The translations under genes were made by a program, and so were the position numbers. Shown piece after piece: positions 24,101 through 37,738 of a stretch of 64,000 bases of DNA. The stretch is from Octopus sinensis (lineage: Eukaryota): NCBI RefSeq assembly GCF_006345805.1, contig NC_042999.1:137020001-137084000 (forward strand), in the 5' to 3' direction. Within the stretch, counting starts at the first letter, position 1. Every line of letters starts with the position of its first letter. Below the pieces are notes generated by a model that saw only the letters and a list, made by a program, of their open reading frames with translations, searched no databases and was not told the origin of the DNA.

Positions 24101-27100
24101 CTTTAGATTTTCTGTTAGCTACCTGCTTTTTTTTCCAGGTTTTTCTCTAACTGTGCAACAGAAAATACTTACCTCCAGTTCCATCACCTTTGGTGAAATC
24201 ACCACCTTGGATCATAAATGCAGGAATGACACGATGAAAAGAACTTCCCTTATATGTTAATGGTTTATCACCTTTGGTCTGAAAAGAAATTAAAAGCATT
24301 CAAGTTAACATATTGCAAAAAGATAGATAACAACCAAGTTAATATCACTCACATCAATTGTTTTACAGCTAAGTAAAAACTTATTGTATCATATTTATAA
24401 GATTGCCTGGTAAAAGAGCTAAAATATGCTATATAGTAGTATTCTGTTGACATTCCATTTGCATATAAACATACTTTCATTAAGTCTGACTAGATGAAAT
24501 AGAAGAATTAGACGCTTCCTTATTCACAGTGCTATACCAATTTTTCAGCATATTGAACCAAAGAGAAAAATGATTTACCAAGCAATATTACTGCTTCATT
24601 ATGTGAGCTAAGAATCAACACTAGTTATATCTCAATTGGTGTTTACTTATCACGTTCAGATTTCCAAATGAGTTAATCCACAATGTTTCTATTCATGATT
24701 TCATATAATGCAGCAAATGCACAATATTCAAATTAAGGTATTACACTGACAAATTTCTTTCCAGTTCATTTAATATTCTAGATGTACAACTGTCCACAAC
24801 AGTTGACATTCTTTCAACAGGACATCAAAGTTGAATGAACAGAGATAAAGTTGTTCTTAAATACAATTACAAAAGTTACATAAAGGCATCAGCCAGCTCT
24901 TAAATATTTTGACAAAAAAAAAAAAATTTCTATTTCCAACACTTCAAAAGTGACTGAAGCAGTTACGAGTCACCTTCTCTAACACCATGAGTCTCTTTCT
25001 GCAATCACCACTATATTTTCTGCATAGCCAGATCTACTGTGACCTACTTTCCTAAGTCCTCCACTTTCAGAAATGTGGTATAAAAAATGGTATTTTGCAT
25101 ACAATACACCAATCTTCTGGCTAAATCACCTGTCCATCATTACTAACTGACTATTCTCTTGGGTTGGCAAGATCAAACTATTTACTAAATAGCAATGTGG
25201 ATCATGTGTGTATGTGTGGTCTTCAGCATTCAATTTTTTTAATTTTTAATGATTAAAATTCAGAAATATAGGATTACCATAGTTCCTTCAGCTAAAGTTT
25301 TGAAATTTTTGACGGTTTTAGGAACAGTCTTGCCAAACAGTCCAATCACAATTCGACCAGCAGGCTTATCACCAATCTTTATGTCAAAAAAGACCTGGTA
25401 AAAATAAGAAACAAAAAATGTGTGTATAAACTTATACACATAGAAAGTACATGTAATCTCAAAAGTGGCTAGCTTGATATGTAGGAAAGGAGTTGGTAAG
25501 AACTTGATATTGTATATTCAGTGGAATATGCCTGCATATGTATACCCATGTTTTAACATTGGTAATATACCTGTAGTATAATATGGATACTCTTACCCTT
25601 CATAGACTTATTTTAACTCTGATTCAGCTAAATGTTGTATATACATATATATACACAATATATATGGATAGCTATATATACACAATATATATGGATAGCT
25701 ATATAAACACAATATATATGGATATATATATATATACACAATATATATGGATATATACACACAAAATATATAAGTACACACACACATATACATGCATATA
25801 TACATACACACATATACATACATACATGCAAACAGGCATACATATACACAAACAGACATATATACACACAAACAAGGATATATACACATGCAAATATACA
25901 CTTACATATATACACATACACACATATATCCATACATATATGCTGTAATTGAGATCTATTGACATGCTGTACTTGAGGAAACCTATTGAATCCAGTAACA
26001 TCAAAATTAAATCCAATGAAAACTGTACTTGTGGCCGATGCCAGTGCTGCCTGACTGGCTCCCTCTGCCTGTAGCACATAAAATCCACCATCCTAACTTG
26101 GTCGATGCCAGCAACTCCAGCCCCCAACACAACTGGCTCCTCTGCCGGAAGCACGTAAAAAGCACCATCCAAACATGGGCGATGCCAGTACCATGTGACT
26201 GGAACTCATGCCAACTACATGGAGTGGTTGGCGTTAGGAAGGGCATCCAACTGTAGAAACATTGCCACATCAGATTGGAACCTCGTGCCGTAACCTGGAT
26301 AGCCAGTCATCATATATATACATAGACACACATATATACACCCATATATATATACACACACACATGTGAAATTTACAAAAAAACAAAAGATGAAGACAGG
26401 TATATAAACAAATAGGTGTACTAGTTTGATACTTGGGAAGGTGAGTAAGTCTTTTATGTTTCAAGCCTATGCTCTTCAATAGAAAGGGACACAAGGAAAT
26501 AAACAGAGAGATTTAAAAAATCATAGCAACTGTTTGGAAGAAGGCAGTTAGACAGGAGAGCTAGGAAGAAGGGGAAATAATAAAGTACTGGTGATCCCAA
26601 AATGAAGGCGTGCATGCCTGTATGTGAGAATGTAATTATGTGCATGTGGAGAGGGCCTAGTGACATTGACATGTGGGGTGACGTGATGTGGTGGGGGATT
26701 GTGAGGATGGCATGTGGGTTTGGGGTGAGGATGGGTTGGGGTATGTGGGAGTGGAATATGGATGGAATGGGCATACATACACATGTATATACATATAATA
26801 ATGATTCTTGATAGAATCAGGTACTTAAGGATATGCACTTGGTCGTGTTGGATAAACCTCCAGCCCCCCACACAACTGGCTCCTCTGCCAGAAGCACGTA
26901 AAAAGCACCATCCAAACATGGGCAATGCCAGTACCACGTGACTGGCACTCGTGCCAACTGCATGGAGTGGTTGGCGTTAGGAAGGGCATCCAACTGTAGA
27001 AACATTGCCACATCAGATTGGAACCTACTGCAGTAACCTGGTTACCCAGTCATCATATATATACATACATATACACACACACACACACATGTGAAATTTA

Positions 27101-30100
27101 CAAAAAAACAAAAGATGAAGCAGGTGTATAAACAAGTAGGTGTACTAGTTTGATACTTGGGAAGGTGAGTAAGTATTTTATGTTTCAAGCCTATGCTCTT
27201 CAATAGAAAGGGACACAGGGAAATAAACAGAGAGAATTAAAAAATCATAGCAACTGTTTGGAAGAAGGGGAAATAATAAAGTACTGGTGATCCCAAAACG
27301 AAGGTGTGCATGCCTGTATGTGAGAGTGTAATTATGTGCATGTGGAGAGGGCCTAGTGACGTTGACGTGTGGGGTGATGTGATGTAGTGGGGGATTGTGA
27401 GGATGGGTTGGGGTATGTAGGCATGGAATGTGTGGGAGTGGAATATGGATGGAATGGGTATACATACACATGTAAATACATATAATAATGATTCTTGATA
27501 GAATCAGGTACTTAAGAATATGCACTTGGTCGTGTTGGATAAACCTGTGATCACCACATACCAGAACGATATTCAGGATGTGCATACAGAGAAAACCACT
27601 TCTAAGAGTATTAAGCGTCAAGGGGCTGGCCCAAAGTACATGGTGTATTGATCATACATTGTTTAGTATACTCCATGGTGTCCAACTTATCATGAATCCC
27701 TATGGTGTATTATAAACAAATGAATAATAACAGATGATGGATAAATGTCAGTTCATTACAGCCATTTCTTATACGTTTTTTATAGAAGAAATGAGTAAAT
27801 TACATCACTTCAAAACAAAAGACCATAACCATCAGATGAAACAATTTCAAAGCTATAGCGTATCCTGGATATTCTATTGTTTTGAAATTATGTTTTATCT
27901 GATGATAATGGACTTTTTCAAGTGATGTAACGTACTCATTTTTCTATTACAAATGTGTAAGAAACAGTTGTAATGAGCTGACATTTGTCCATCGTTTGCT
28001 ATTATTTGCTTATATATTATATATATGTACTAGCAGTATCGCCCAGCGTTACTCGGGTTTGTAAGGGAAATAACTATAAAGCATTTTTAGAGAGTTATAG
28101 CCAAAAAATAGCAAAAAAATGGAGAAAAAATGGTAAATTTTTTTTTAAATCGTTGACTCATCATAGACATTTTTAGAGAGTTACTTCCCTTATATAATAG
28201 CGAAAAAATGCATTAAAATGGGAAAAAAATTATTTTAAAAACCGTAGATGCGCGCTAATACCCAGAAGGGCTCGATATGAATCACGACTATATGATACTC
28301 GGTTTTGGTTAAACTGCACCACAAAATGTGGGAGTAGTTAGGAATCTAAATCGTAGGAGACAGACACACAACCTCACTTTTATATATAAAGATATATAAT
28401 TGGGAATTGAAAAAGAGTAATTTCCTACATACTTCACTTTAATAAATGTTCTCCAATGTGTACCTGTTGGTGAAATATAAGTTTAGATTTACAAGAAAGT
28501 GATTTTTCAATTTTTATATTTGAAAGGCTCCCCATGTGTAGTTGTGCGTTAATACACTGTTGCTGAGCAACTAGTTCCCATGTGTCACACAATGAAGTTG
28601 TTCTTCAAAGTCTATTCATTTGTTGATGATAAAGCTAAAATTCTGAATGAAATGAAAGTTTTCCCACATACTTCATAGTTAAACAACTTTTCTCTGGTGT
28701 GCATTATATTTTGTTAAAAGATTGAGGCAAATGATTTCCTACTTGTTTTATGAAAGACAATGTCTACCTTGATGGAATTTGAACTCAGAATGTAAAGAGA
28801 GAAGAAATGCTGCAAACAATAATAATAGATGGTTGGTGGCTAGCATCACAGAAAAAAAAAGAAACTGAAGAATTGTGATGATAGAATTTATGGAATTAAA
28901 ACAAAAGTAATGGCTAGTAGACAGCTGATCATCATGTGTAGGAGATTGTGAAACTTGGTTGATAGCGAATATATGATTTGGTGCTAGAAGTCTCCACACA
29001 TACACAACAGCCTTCTGATACTGTAAACACACATAGACAATTCCTGAAGCAGGCCATGGAGATACAGTCATAGGTACACAGCGTTTCTAAAATAGTAATA
29101 ATTATAACCATAGTAATTATAATAGATATGAAAATTGCAACAATAAAAGCTGCAAACTATGGCACATAGTGTTTTTTTTGCGGGGTGGGGGGGATCAGTT
29201 CAATACTTCAATCCCAGTGATTGACTGATACTCATTCCATTAACCTTGAAAGAATGAAGGTATATTTGATCTCCATAGTATTGGAACTCATAATGCAAAG
29301 AGCCAGAAAAAAATGTCGCTCAGCCCTTTTTCTGCCATTTGCCACCTTAATATCAATAATATACAACATAAAATAAAAGGACCCATGTCCTTCAGTTTCT
29401 TCTTTCCTTTCTTCTTGTGATGCTGACCACTAGCTGTCTATTACTATTTTTTCTTAATGTTTTTTTACTACCTTTGTTTCTGGTCTTATTAAATAAAAAA
29501 ACAACAGCACAGTTAAAACAATTGTTATAATCTTTTGGAAAAATGAAAATACAAAGAAAAAAATAGATGTATTAAATCAGTGTACCTTACATCACACTTG
29601 ATTTCTTTAGAGGAAAATGAGAAAAGTAGATTTTTAACAGTACTGCGCAAGAAAGACTGACAGATATACAGGGTGTTTAGGATAAATCTTACAATTATTT
29701 TATGTCTCCTTTTTACAGAAATAGTTTGATGTATTGAAAGAGTCAATGGCATTAGAAAGTATAAAAATAAATGTTGAGGTTGAGAAAAAGTTAGCTGACC
29801 TGGAAGATTGGAAACCATCTGAGTCAATTACTGTGTTATGATATGCACCAGGTATCCAAATGCTGACATCATGATTGCTGCTCAATTCTCTATGAACTTT
29901 GTAAAGGCTGTAAAATGTGACGTGGATAGCTGCAACCGAGACTGTGAAGCTGTAGCCAGCATGAAGGGACACAGCAAGTGTTCTGTGTCTGTACACCAGA
30001 ATTCATCTCCACATCTTTGAACAGGGTCTTAAACTCAATTTAGTTGGCTATGTGAAGCTGCTGGAGCCTATAGTCAATCCCTGACTCGAAAGGATTGCTG

Positions 30101-32335
30101 CAGGAAGGCCAAATGTGTGGCAGCAGGATTCAGTTCCTTGCCATGCCTCCAGAAAGTGTCAGTCAGAGAATTTCTACGACTTTACCAACCCCAATTTTTG
30201 GTCTCTTAATTCTACCAATTGTAATCCCATACTATGGGATTACCTGTGAGGGGCGTAGTTGAGAAAGGCAACAACTGTTCTGCCTGAAACACCAAGAACA
30301 AGCTGGTGGCCAAGATCAAGGGGTTCGAAGATCTTCCCAGAGATACAGAGAGATAGGCATGTGCTAGATTCCAGAGCTGTCTTGAGGCCAGCTACTTTGA
30401 GTAAATTATCTCCCAGCAATAATCTAGTCATTATTTTAAGAATATTTTTTTTTAATACTTTTATTTTTGAATGGGATATTATGTTTTCTGTTCTTTTTAT
30501 CCAAACTGTTAAATTTAGCCTTAACACACTATAGCAGTAAGAATCAGATCGGGCAAGAAGACACGGTAATGAGACTATATGGAGAGGTGAAATTGTTGCA
30601 GGTGGATGAAGAATGAGGGTATCAGATTATATATAATTATTCACTTCCCGTTTTAAGTTGGTACAATTCCGTACTGTTTCTGAAATTAAAAGTATCACTA
30701 CTCATAGACGCACGATTTTAATTCTTTTGTTCTGGTAAATGAATGCGATCACGCTGGGATTTTATCGTCGTAAAAGGTTTATTTGATCAAATCGACTAAA
30801 ATAACCAAAGTAAGGGTAAGTTTTCCGCCTACTTTTTATTATTACACCGCCAGTGTTCAGCGGGCTTTCGGAATAGTTATTGTGACCTCATGGAGAAGGA
30901 AAAGAGCAAGGGTGGTGGTTTCCTTGTGAAATTTTTTTTTGTTCAAAATATTTTAATTTTTACCCATATCATAATTTCGTGTACTTTTTAGATAAGTTTT
31001 ACTGTTACACCCGTCACTTTAAAAATAAGTAGTGGGCTCGATTTGAGTGACTAAACCCTTTACGGCAATGCCCCAGTTTGGCCAAGTCAACTACTGAATA
31101 ATGAAATGTGTGTACGTGTGTAAGAAAAGTGACAGTTTCAGAAAGTAAAAATGCACCATCTCAAAGAGGTGGGAAGTATACGTATTTTCTAGAGAAAATA
31201 CTGGGTATCTCAAATAAACCAAAGCTATCTCATAATATACAGGAAACGTGGAGTGACTAGGACACGTCGGTCAAGCCTACATTTAGACTTTTGTCAGTTT
31301 CAACGTACGCCTTTAGTCGGTCCAACGAAAGTCTCTGAATTGTGAGCAAATAATTGGGTCTTTATACCCTTAGCGTAAATTTCAGGTAAACTAACCGTAA
31401 AATAGTTACAACCATTGCTCAAACTGCTCGAAATAGCAGCCGAATTCCCTCCGATACACTATTCTTGATATAGAAATAGGAGAAAAATAACCCATTGCAT
31501 ACAGATTATTTAATAGAATTTGAAGCTGAGAATTCACTCTGTCGATACTGGAGTTCCTCATTAAGTGCGAACTATCTGCAGATAGCACGTAGCAAGAAAA
31601 TGTTGTAGTAGACCGTATCAGAAGTATTGAACGAGTGTGTGCGTTTATACACATACACTATATATACATTACAGTATAGATATATGGTATAGCTGTCGTC
31701 AGACAAATGAAATTCATACGAATTCAATGAAAATAATTAAGCGAATATCTCTTTTCATGCACATCTGTTAAAACAAATTTTGTTGCTTATAAATGAAGTG
31801 CTTGCACACGAATTTAACTTTTACCAGTAGAAGTAATGTGGTTAAGATTTTTTTTCTATCAATTATTGTGGTCGTTAATGATTAATATGAAAAATATTAA
31901 ATAAAGTGATTGCGTTTGTCTTGCTTTGTCTAAAACGAAGTTACAGAGCGTTCATCCCAGTAGACTTGTTCATATAAAACAGTGTTTCACAGCAAAGGAA
32001 TATGAGAATCGGTAGAGCATCGAATCAAATATTTTACAGTATGCAGTTATATCTTTTTATATTTCCAGTTCAAATCCGACTTAGCCCTAAATACCGGGTG
32101 TGCGTATTTTTTTCTTTCGCCAAATACTGAGTTAGAATCAACTGTTCCCTCCCCCACAAACAGCTAGTGTGCTTATGCTAAAAAAAAAATCAATTATTTA
32201 TTGTATATGTAATAGCAGTTGCAGAAAAAGTCTACTTACTTTATCAGTGACTTTAGGTCCTTTAGGTTTGGCTGTAGTAGACAAGAAAGCCGGAATTAGA
32301 GAGAGAAACAACACAAACGACAACAACTTCATCAT
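21164..32335 (-). CDS. PPIB: Peptidyl-prolyl cis-trans isomerase B (cyclophilin B), left-arm copy, 212 aa
   Basis: Exons 32335-32240, 25394-25278, 24278-24173, 22083-21899 and 21298-21164, all GT-AG, open frame. Signal peptide [22 protein letters not shown], then [60 protein letters not shown] and the CypB-type C-terminus VDEPFAVSK. Confidence 0.95.
26119..27546 (+). repeat. Left-arm-specific tandem duplication (~740 and ~690 bp units) in PPIB intron 1
   Basis: Junction ggataaacct|ccagcccc at 26859/26860. Only one, partly deleted unit is present in the right arm (42260-42730). Confidence 0.85.
28030..28392 (-). mobile_element. Non-autonomous Helitron, left-arm specific, in PPIB intron 1
   Basis: Minus strand reads A|TCTTTATATATA ... 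cccgagtaacgctggg hairpin ... CTAG|T (AT target, no TSD). Absent at the right-arm site near 41775. Confidence 0.85.
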
Positions 32336-33748
32336 GATGTAGAAATATCGCCGACGCCGGTGTGAAATGTTACAATAGTCAAGCACTCGTTCCATAAATA
32401 AGTAGCACCGGTGCTGTATGAATAGCGCGGTAGTCGGATCAAATAATCTAAATACTGAATTAGCTGTTATTACATTTTATTTCTCCCTTAGAACGATTAG
32501 AGAAAACGGATCAAAAGGAAAAGATCCGTCTTGGCGATTTAATTATGAAACATCATTATGAAATAAAAGCCCGGTAAAATTTCGCTTTTTACCGAAACAA
32601 TTTCAAATACACGCGCCAGCTAAACACTTCATTCAAGAAACGACACATCACTTTTACTTCTGACGTTACACCGGTCAAGAAACGACACGTCACTTTTACT
32701 TCTGACGTTACACCGGTCTATCAATAGCAACGTTGATGGAAACAAGAAAGCTTCTGGGTGGTCATTCGAAATAGCAGCTATATCTCTCTTACGTTGCTTA
32801 AGATATTTCTAGATGCACCATACCTGAAAATAAGACTAGTTGGTCATATTTTTGATGGCGGAAGTAAAGAATACGCACACCACCCGTTTTCGGCCTAACG
32901 CTAACACTAAACACCAGGTGTGCGTATTCTTTACCTTCGCCGAATCTTCTTCCACAGGATAGTTCACTGAACCTGATTTGTCAATTATTTATTTCTTTGG
33001 TCCACAGAGTAAATAGGAGTATAGGGAGGTGAAGTAGGGCAATCGTTTTTGTGTGTAAAATTTCTCCAGCCCTTTTATGACAGTTAATAAGGGAGTGGTT
33101 GAGGCATTAAATGTGCTTCTACCCAGCAAGATCTGAAAATCCTTACCACGTCACTGATGGCTGATACTAAAAAGATAGATGGGGGCAGGGGCTACGTTGA
33201 AAACGTTGGCCGCTACATGTAGCTGATTCAGACCGAGAGAGAGAAAACAATTCAGATTTATTCATAGTACTTTGTCGACCTTTACCTCAGCGAGAGAGAG
33301 CAAAGCATTCTGTCCTACAGTCAATTCACTGCTTTATTATTATTATTCAATAAAATAACTGCTTGTTCAAATTTTCTTTTTCTCGCAACCACATGGATTA
33401 CAGTTTATTAAGAAGGACCTTCAGCTTTCGTATTTTTCCCTTTAAAGTTAATACCTTCCAACGTGTTCTTATTAGTAAATGTATGATCAAAAGAACGAAG
33501 GTAAAGAATACGCATACCCGGTGTTTAATGTTAGCGTTAGGCCGAAAACGGGTGGTGTGCGTATTCTTTACCTTCGCCGAAGATCCATTAAAATTATTTC
33601 ACTACTCTATTGGTCGTACTTATTTAATTTACTTGTCTCCATCTTTCTTATACATGGTACAAAAAATTAAGGGTGAGATGATGATGATATGATTATCATG
33701 GTCATTGGATTGTATTTATTGGAATAGAACATGTATGTATATAATGTT

Positions 33749-36304
33749 AGTTAGTTAATTTTTTTGGCTCAAAAAGCAAGGCCATGTAGGGGGACATGGA
33801 GTTATGTACAGGGTGGTGTTCATGTAAAGAGTTCAGGCCACTTGAGGTCAAGGGAGACTTTGAACCGAGCGGTCATCGGCATCTTCACCATCTCGTCTGG
33901 CAGCTTATTCCACGGATCCGCAACCCGGACGGAGAAAGCCCCTCTCCTTCGATTGAGATGAAATCGTCGCAGATAGAGCTTTTCGGAATGACCCCGCAGC
34001 CGACGCTCTGGAGCAGGAGTGAAGAACAGCTCTTTCGAGAGGTTACATTTTCCGCTTATGATGTTGTGAGCAAGAATGAGATCTTCACGGCGTCGTCGTT
34101 TTTCTAGAGAATAAAGGTCGAGCGTCTTCAGCCTTTCTTCATAAGACAAATTATTGAGACCAAGAACCATGCGGGTAGCCAGCTTCTGGACTCTTTCGAG
34201 ATGCTGTATGTCTTTGAGGAGATAAGGAGAAGAGGCTTGAATCCCGTACTCCAATATGGGTCTCACCAGCGTGACATAGAGCGGTAGGAATATGGCTGCT
34301 GTGAGCATTCCGAATGACCGTCGAATCAAGAACAGAATTCCGCGTGCTTTGTTGGCAGCATGGATGCACTGGGCCGAAGGCGAAAAGGAGGAATCCATCA
34401 AGATACCCAGGTCCTTTACCTGATCGGTCCTCTCCAGCAGCAGACGACCCGGCTCGAAATCAAGTTGAGTTGCAGGAGGAGAGCCAACAGGCAGATGACA
34501 GCACTTTGACACGTTCAGACACAGGTCCCATTCGTTAGACCATCTCCAAATTTGGTGGAGGCATCGACGAAGATCCTCTATATCACCGCGAGGAGCGACC
34601 AGTTTGACATCGTCGGCAAATAGAAAGGTGTGTTGTGTGAGGTCGTCGGGCAAGTCATTTATGAAGACTATGAACAACAAGGGCCCAAGCACTGAACCTT
34701 GAGGCACGCCACTACTCGCACTGGAGACGTCGGACCGTGAACCATTAACTTGGACTTGGAAGGAGCGATCTGAGAGGAAGGCACCAACCCATCGTACAAT
34801 ATCCGGATGGAAACTATATGCTTGAAGCTTGACAAGTAATAGGTGGTGGTTTACCGAGTCAAAAGCTTTGGCAAAGTCCAATAAAACGATGTCAACAGCA
34901 TCACTATCATCGAGGATGCGCGTCACCAATTCTTCCATTACCAGTAAGTTGGTCAAGCATGATCTCTTCGGCACGAAGCCGTGTTGAGAATTAGAGATAG
35001 AGGCTGTGTTTTGGAGCTGGAGCATCATACTTTTCTTAAGGATGGTTTCGAACATCTTGCTTATTATTGATGTAAGGAAACCGGTCGGTAGTTAAGCGGG
35101 TCTTCGCGGCTCCCTTTCTTGAAAATTCGGCAGATTATCGCTGTTCTCCAGTCCGCAGGTATAACACCCGTCGCCAATGACATATTGAATAGACGTGTTA
35201 AGGGCTTGCAGATGACCGGAGCCAACGCTTTGATAACCCGTGGGTGTATGCCGTCAGGGCCGTGACCCTTGTTGACATCGAGGCCTTGAATAACGCGTTC
35301 GACTTCGTCCCGCGTGATGACCAATCGAAGCATTGGAGGTACCAAGATCGTTCAGAATTGTTTGAGCAATGGCATTAATGGGAAGGACAAGTGAGGGAGA
35401 ATCCAAACAGATTTTATCGTGCGCAGGTTTCGTAGCTAAATCTGCCCCACTGGAGTTTTGACTACGTTTCTTCTTTTTGGGAGAACAATGGTCTTCAGGT
35501 GGGTTTGAATCTACGCTCCTCAAATTAGGTTGGGGAACCTCCGGGACCGAAAAGGCAGATGAGGAAGAATCCGCACAGGAACGATCATGTGCGGAAACGA
35601 CCGCCGGTTCCTTCGCCTTCTTTGGCCGCTTCGATTTTGTTCCCTTCGGTTTGGACGTCTCCAGGGAAGAAATCAAGGGTGGCTCTGCGTCAAGAGTAGA
35701 CTGTTTATTCAGTAAATGAGCAACAACAGACTTTAGGTGCTCGACCTCTTGTTTGAGCAACAGCAACTGCTCGTTGAGATGACCGTTGGTAGGACCATCA
35801 TCCTGATGAGTAACTGACATGATAGATGGTTGACTAAAAACAATCTCCTATGGGCTCTAGGACAAATCTGGGTTAAAGCAGGAACAAAAACAGTTGCAAT
35901 CCTTGTAGGAGTAGGCAACAGCAGACAAAATCTGAGAGAGTTTGGGCTGAACCGAATCACAATCCAAGATTGAAAGCAGACGGTGAAACGAGTCAGGAAC
36001 CCTTCCTAGTTGTCTGAAGCAGCTTTAGGATAAGGAATAGTAGGTCCAACTTTAGAATGTTGATATGCATGAAAAATGTTTCACACGGTTAAATATCATT
36101 TGACGTGCCACTTAGTACTTCAATATTTGCGTCTGCGTATGTGTGAATAATGTGTTTATGTGCGAGAAGGCACATGTTTTTGTCTACCGTTAATTTAATT
36201 TTTTTTTTCTCACGTTTTTCCCTTTTAAAATATTTCTTTTTAAAGTAATTTATACGCTGGAGGGAGGGCTGAGTGTTTGTTTTTACTGTAAATTCTCTTT
36301 TCTC
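33749..36304 (-). mobile_element. CR1-clade non-LTR retrotransposon, internally deleted (5' UTR + partial ORF1 + RT), left-arm specific
   Basis: RT motifs QHGF, DFAKAFDSV, GVPQGSVLGP and FADD, plus the CR1-type C-terminus LRGHSEKL...FSVRVADPWNKLP (ORF 33820-35055). The upstream RT part (35064-35345) is separated by a 1-nt frameshift. A coiled-coil ORF1-like ORF lies at 35254-35820 and no endonuclease is present. The 3' tail is (TAAC)n. A 4-bp TGTT duplication (33745-33748 / 36305-36308) is seen against the empty site at 36701-36715. Confidence 0.92.
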
Positions 36305-36445
36305 TGTTGTGGAAGTTTTAGTAGCTCGAGTAACCGGCTTGTAATCAAACTATGATTCCCCACTTTTTATCCTGTATGTCTGAGATTTCACTAGCCAATG
36401 ATTCTTTCGTTTCTTTGATATGATAACGGCATGATTAGATGAAAA

Positions 36446-36633
36446 GGATCTTTTCCTTTTGATGGACGGAATTTTCTAGTTAACTAAACAATTTGAAACT
36501 TCGTATACTGTTAGAATGTGTCAAAAGAAAACAATATTGTAAACAAAATTGTAATTTGTAAGTTTAACGTAGTTTAATTCTTTCAAATTGTTTAGTTAAC
36601 TAGAAAATTCCGTCCATCAAAAGGAAAAGATCC
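36446..36633. mobile_element. Hairpin MITE with Merlin-like termini at the palindrome apex
   Basis: 53-bp perfect TIRs ggatcttttccttttgatggacggaattttctagttaactaaacaatttgaaa (36446-36498 / 36581-36633) around an 82-bp loop. The terminus resembles that of the 8-bp-TSD MITE at 16705-17113. Flanks gatgaaaa / taatagtt show no TSD. Confidence 0.7.
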
Positions 36634-37303
36634 TAATAGTTTGATCACAAGCCGGTCTGATCAGTGTGGTTACTCGAGCTGCTAAAACTAACAGCTAAAT
36701 CTTCCACAACATTAAATACATACATGTTCTATTCCAATAAATATACTTCAATGAACATGATAATCATATTATACCCATCTCACCCTTAATTTTTTGTACC
36801 ATGTATAAGAAAGATGGAGACAAGTAAATTAAGTAAGTATGACCAATAAATAGAGTAGTGAAATAATTTTAATGGATCTTCGGCGAAGGTAAAGAATACG
36901 CACACCACCCGTTTTCGGCCTAACGCTAACATTAAACACCGGGTATGCGTATTCTTTACCTTCGTTCTTTTGATCATACATTTACTAACAAGAACACGTT
37001 GAAAGGTATTAACTTTAAAGGGAAAAATACGAAAGCTGAAGGTCCTTCTTAATAAACTGTAATCCATGTGGTTGCGAGAAAAAGAAAATTTGAACAAGCA
37101 GTTATTTTATTGAATAATAATAAAGCAGTGAATTGACTGTAGGACAGAATGCTTTGCTCTCTCTCGCTGAGGTAAAGGTCGACAAAGTACTATGAATACA
37201 TCTGAATTGTTTTCTCTCTCTCGGTCTGAATCAGCTACATGTAGCGACCAACGTTTTCAACGTAGCCCCTGCCCCCATCTATCTTTTTAGTATCAGCCAT
37301 CAG

Positions 37304-37311
37304 TGACGTGG
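37304..37311 (+). promoter_or_regulatory. UPRE-like site TGACGTGG upstream of PPIB (mirror copy 33146-33153)
   Basis: Exact match to the ATF6/XBP1 UPRE consensus ~810 bp upstream of an ER foldase ATG. An 8-mer can occur by chance. Confidence 0.35.
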
Positions 37312-37738
37312 TAAGGATTTTCAGATCTTACTGGGTAGAAGCACATTTAATGCCTCAACCACTCCCTTATTAACTGTCATAAAAGGGCTGGAGAAATTTT
37401 ACACACAAAAACGATTGCCCTACTTCACCTCCCTATACTCCTATTTACTCTGTGGACCAAAGAAATAAATAATTGACAAATCAGGTTCAGTGAACTATCC
37501 TGTGGAAGAAGATTCGGCGAAGGTAAAGAATACGCACACCTGGTGTTTAGTGTTAGCGTTAGGCCGAAAACGGGTGGTGTGCGTATTCTTTACTTCCGCC
37601 ATCAAAAATATGACCAACTAGTCTTATTTTCAGGTATGGTGCATCTAGAAATATCTTAAGCAACGTAAGAGAGATATAGCTGCTATTTCGAATGACCACC
37701 CAGAAGCTTTCTTGTTTCCATCAACGTTGCTATTGATA

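Noticed and set aside
33820-35055. Stand-alone RT as a retron or other prokaryotic-type RT system
   Set aside because: CR1-clade motifs, tandem-repeat tail, ORF1 remnant and an empty allele in the other arm identify it as a LINE.
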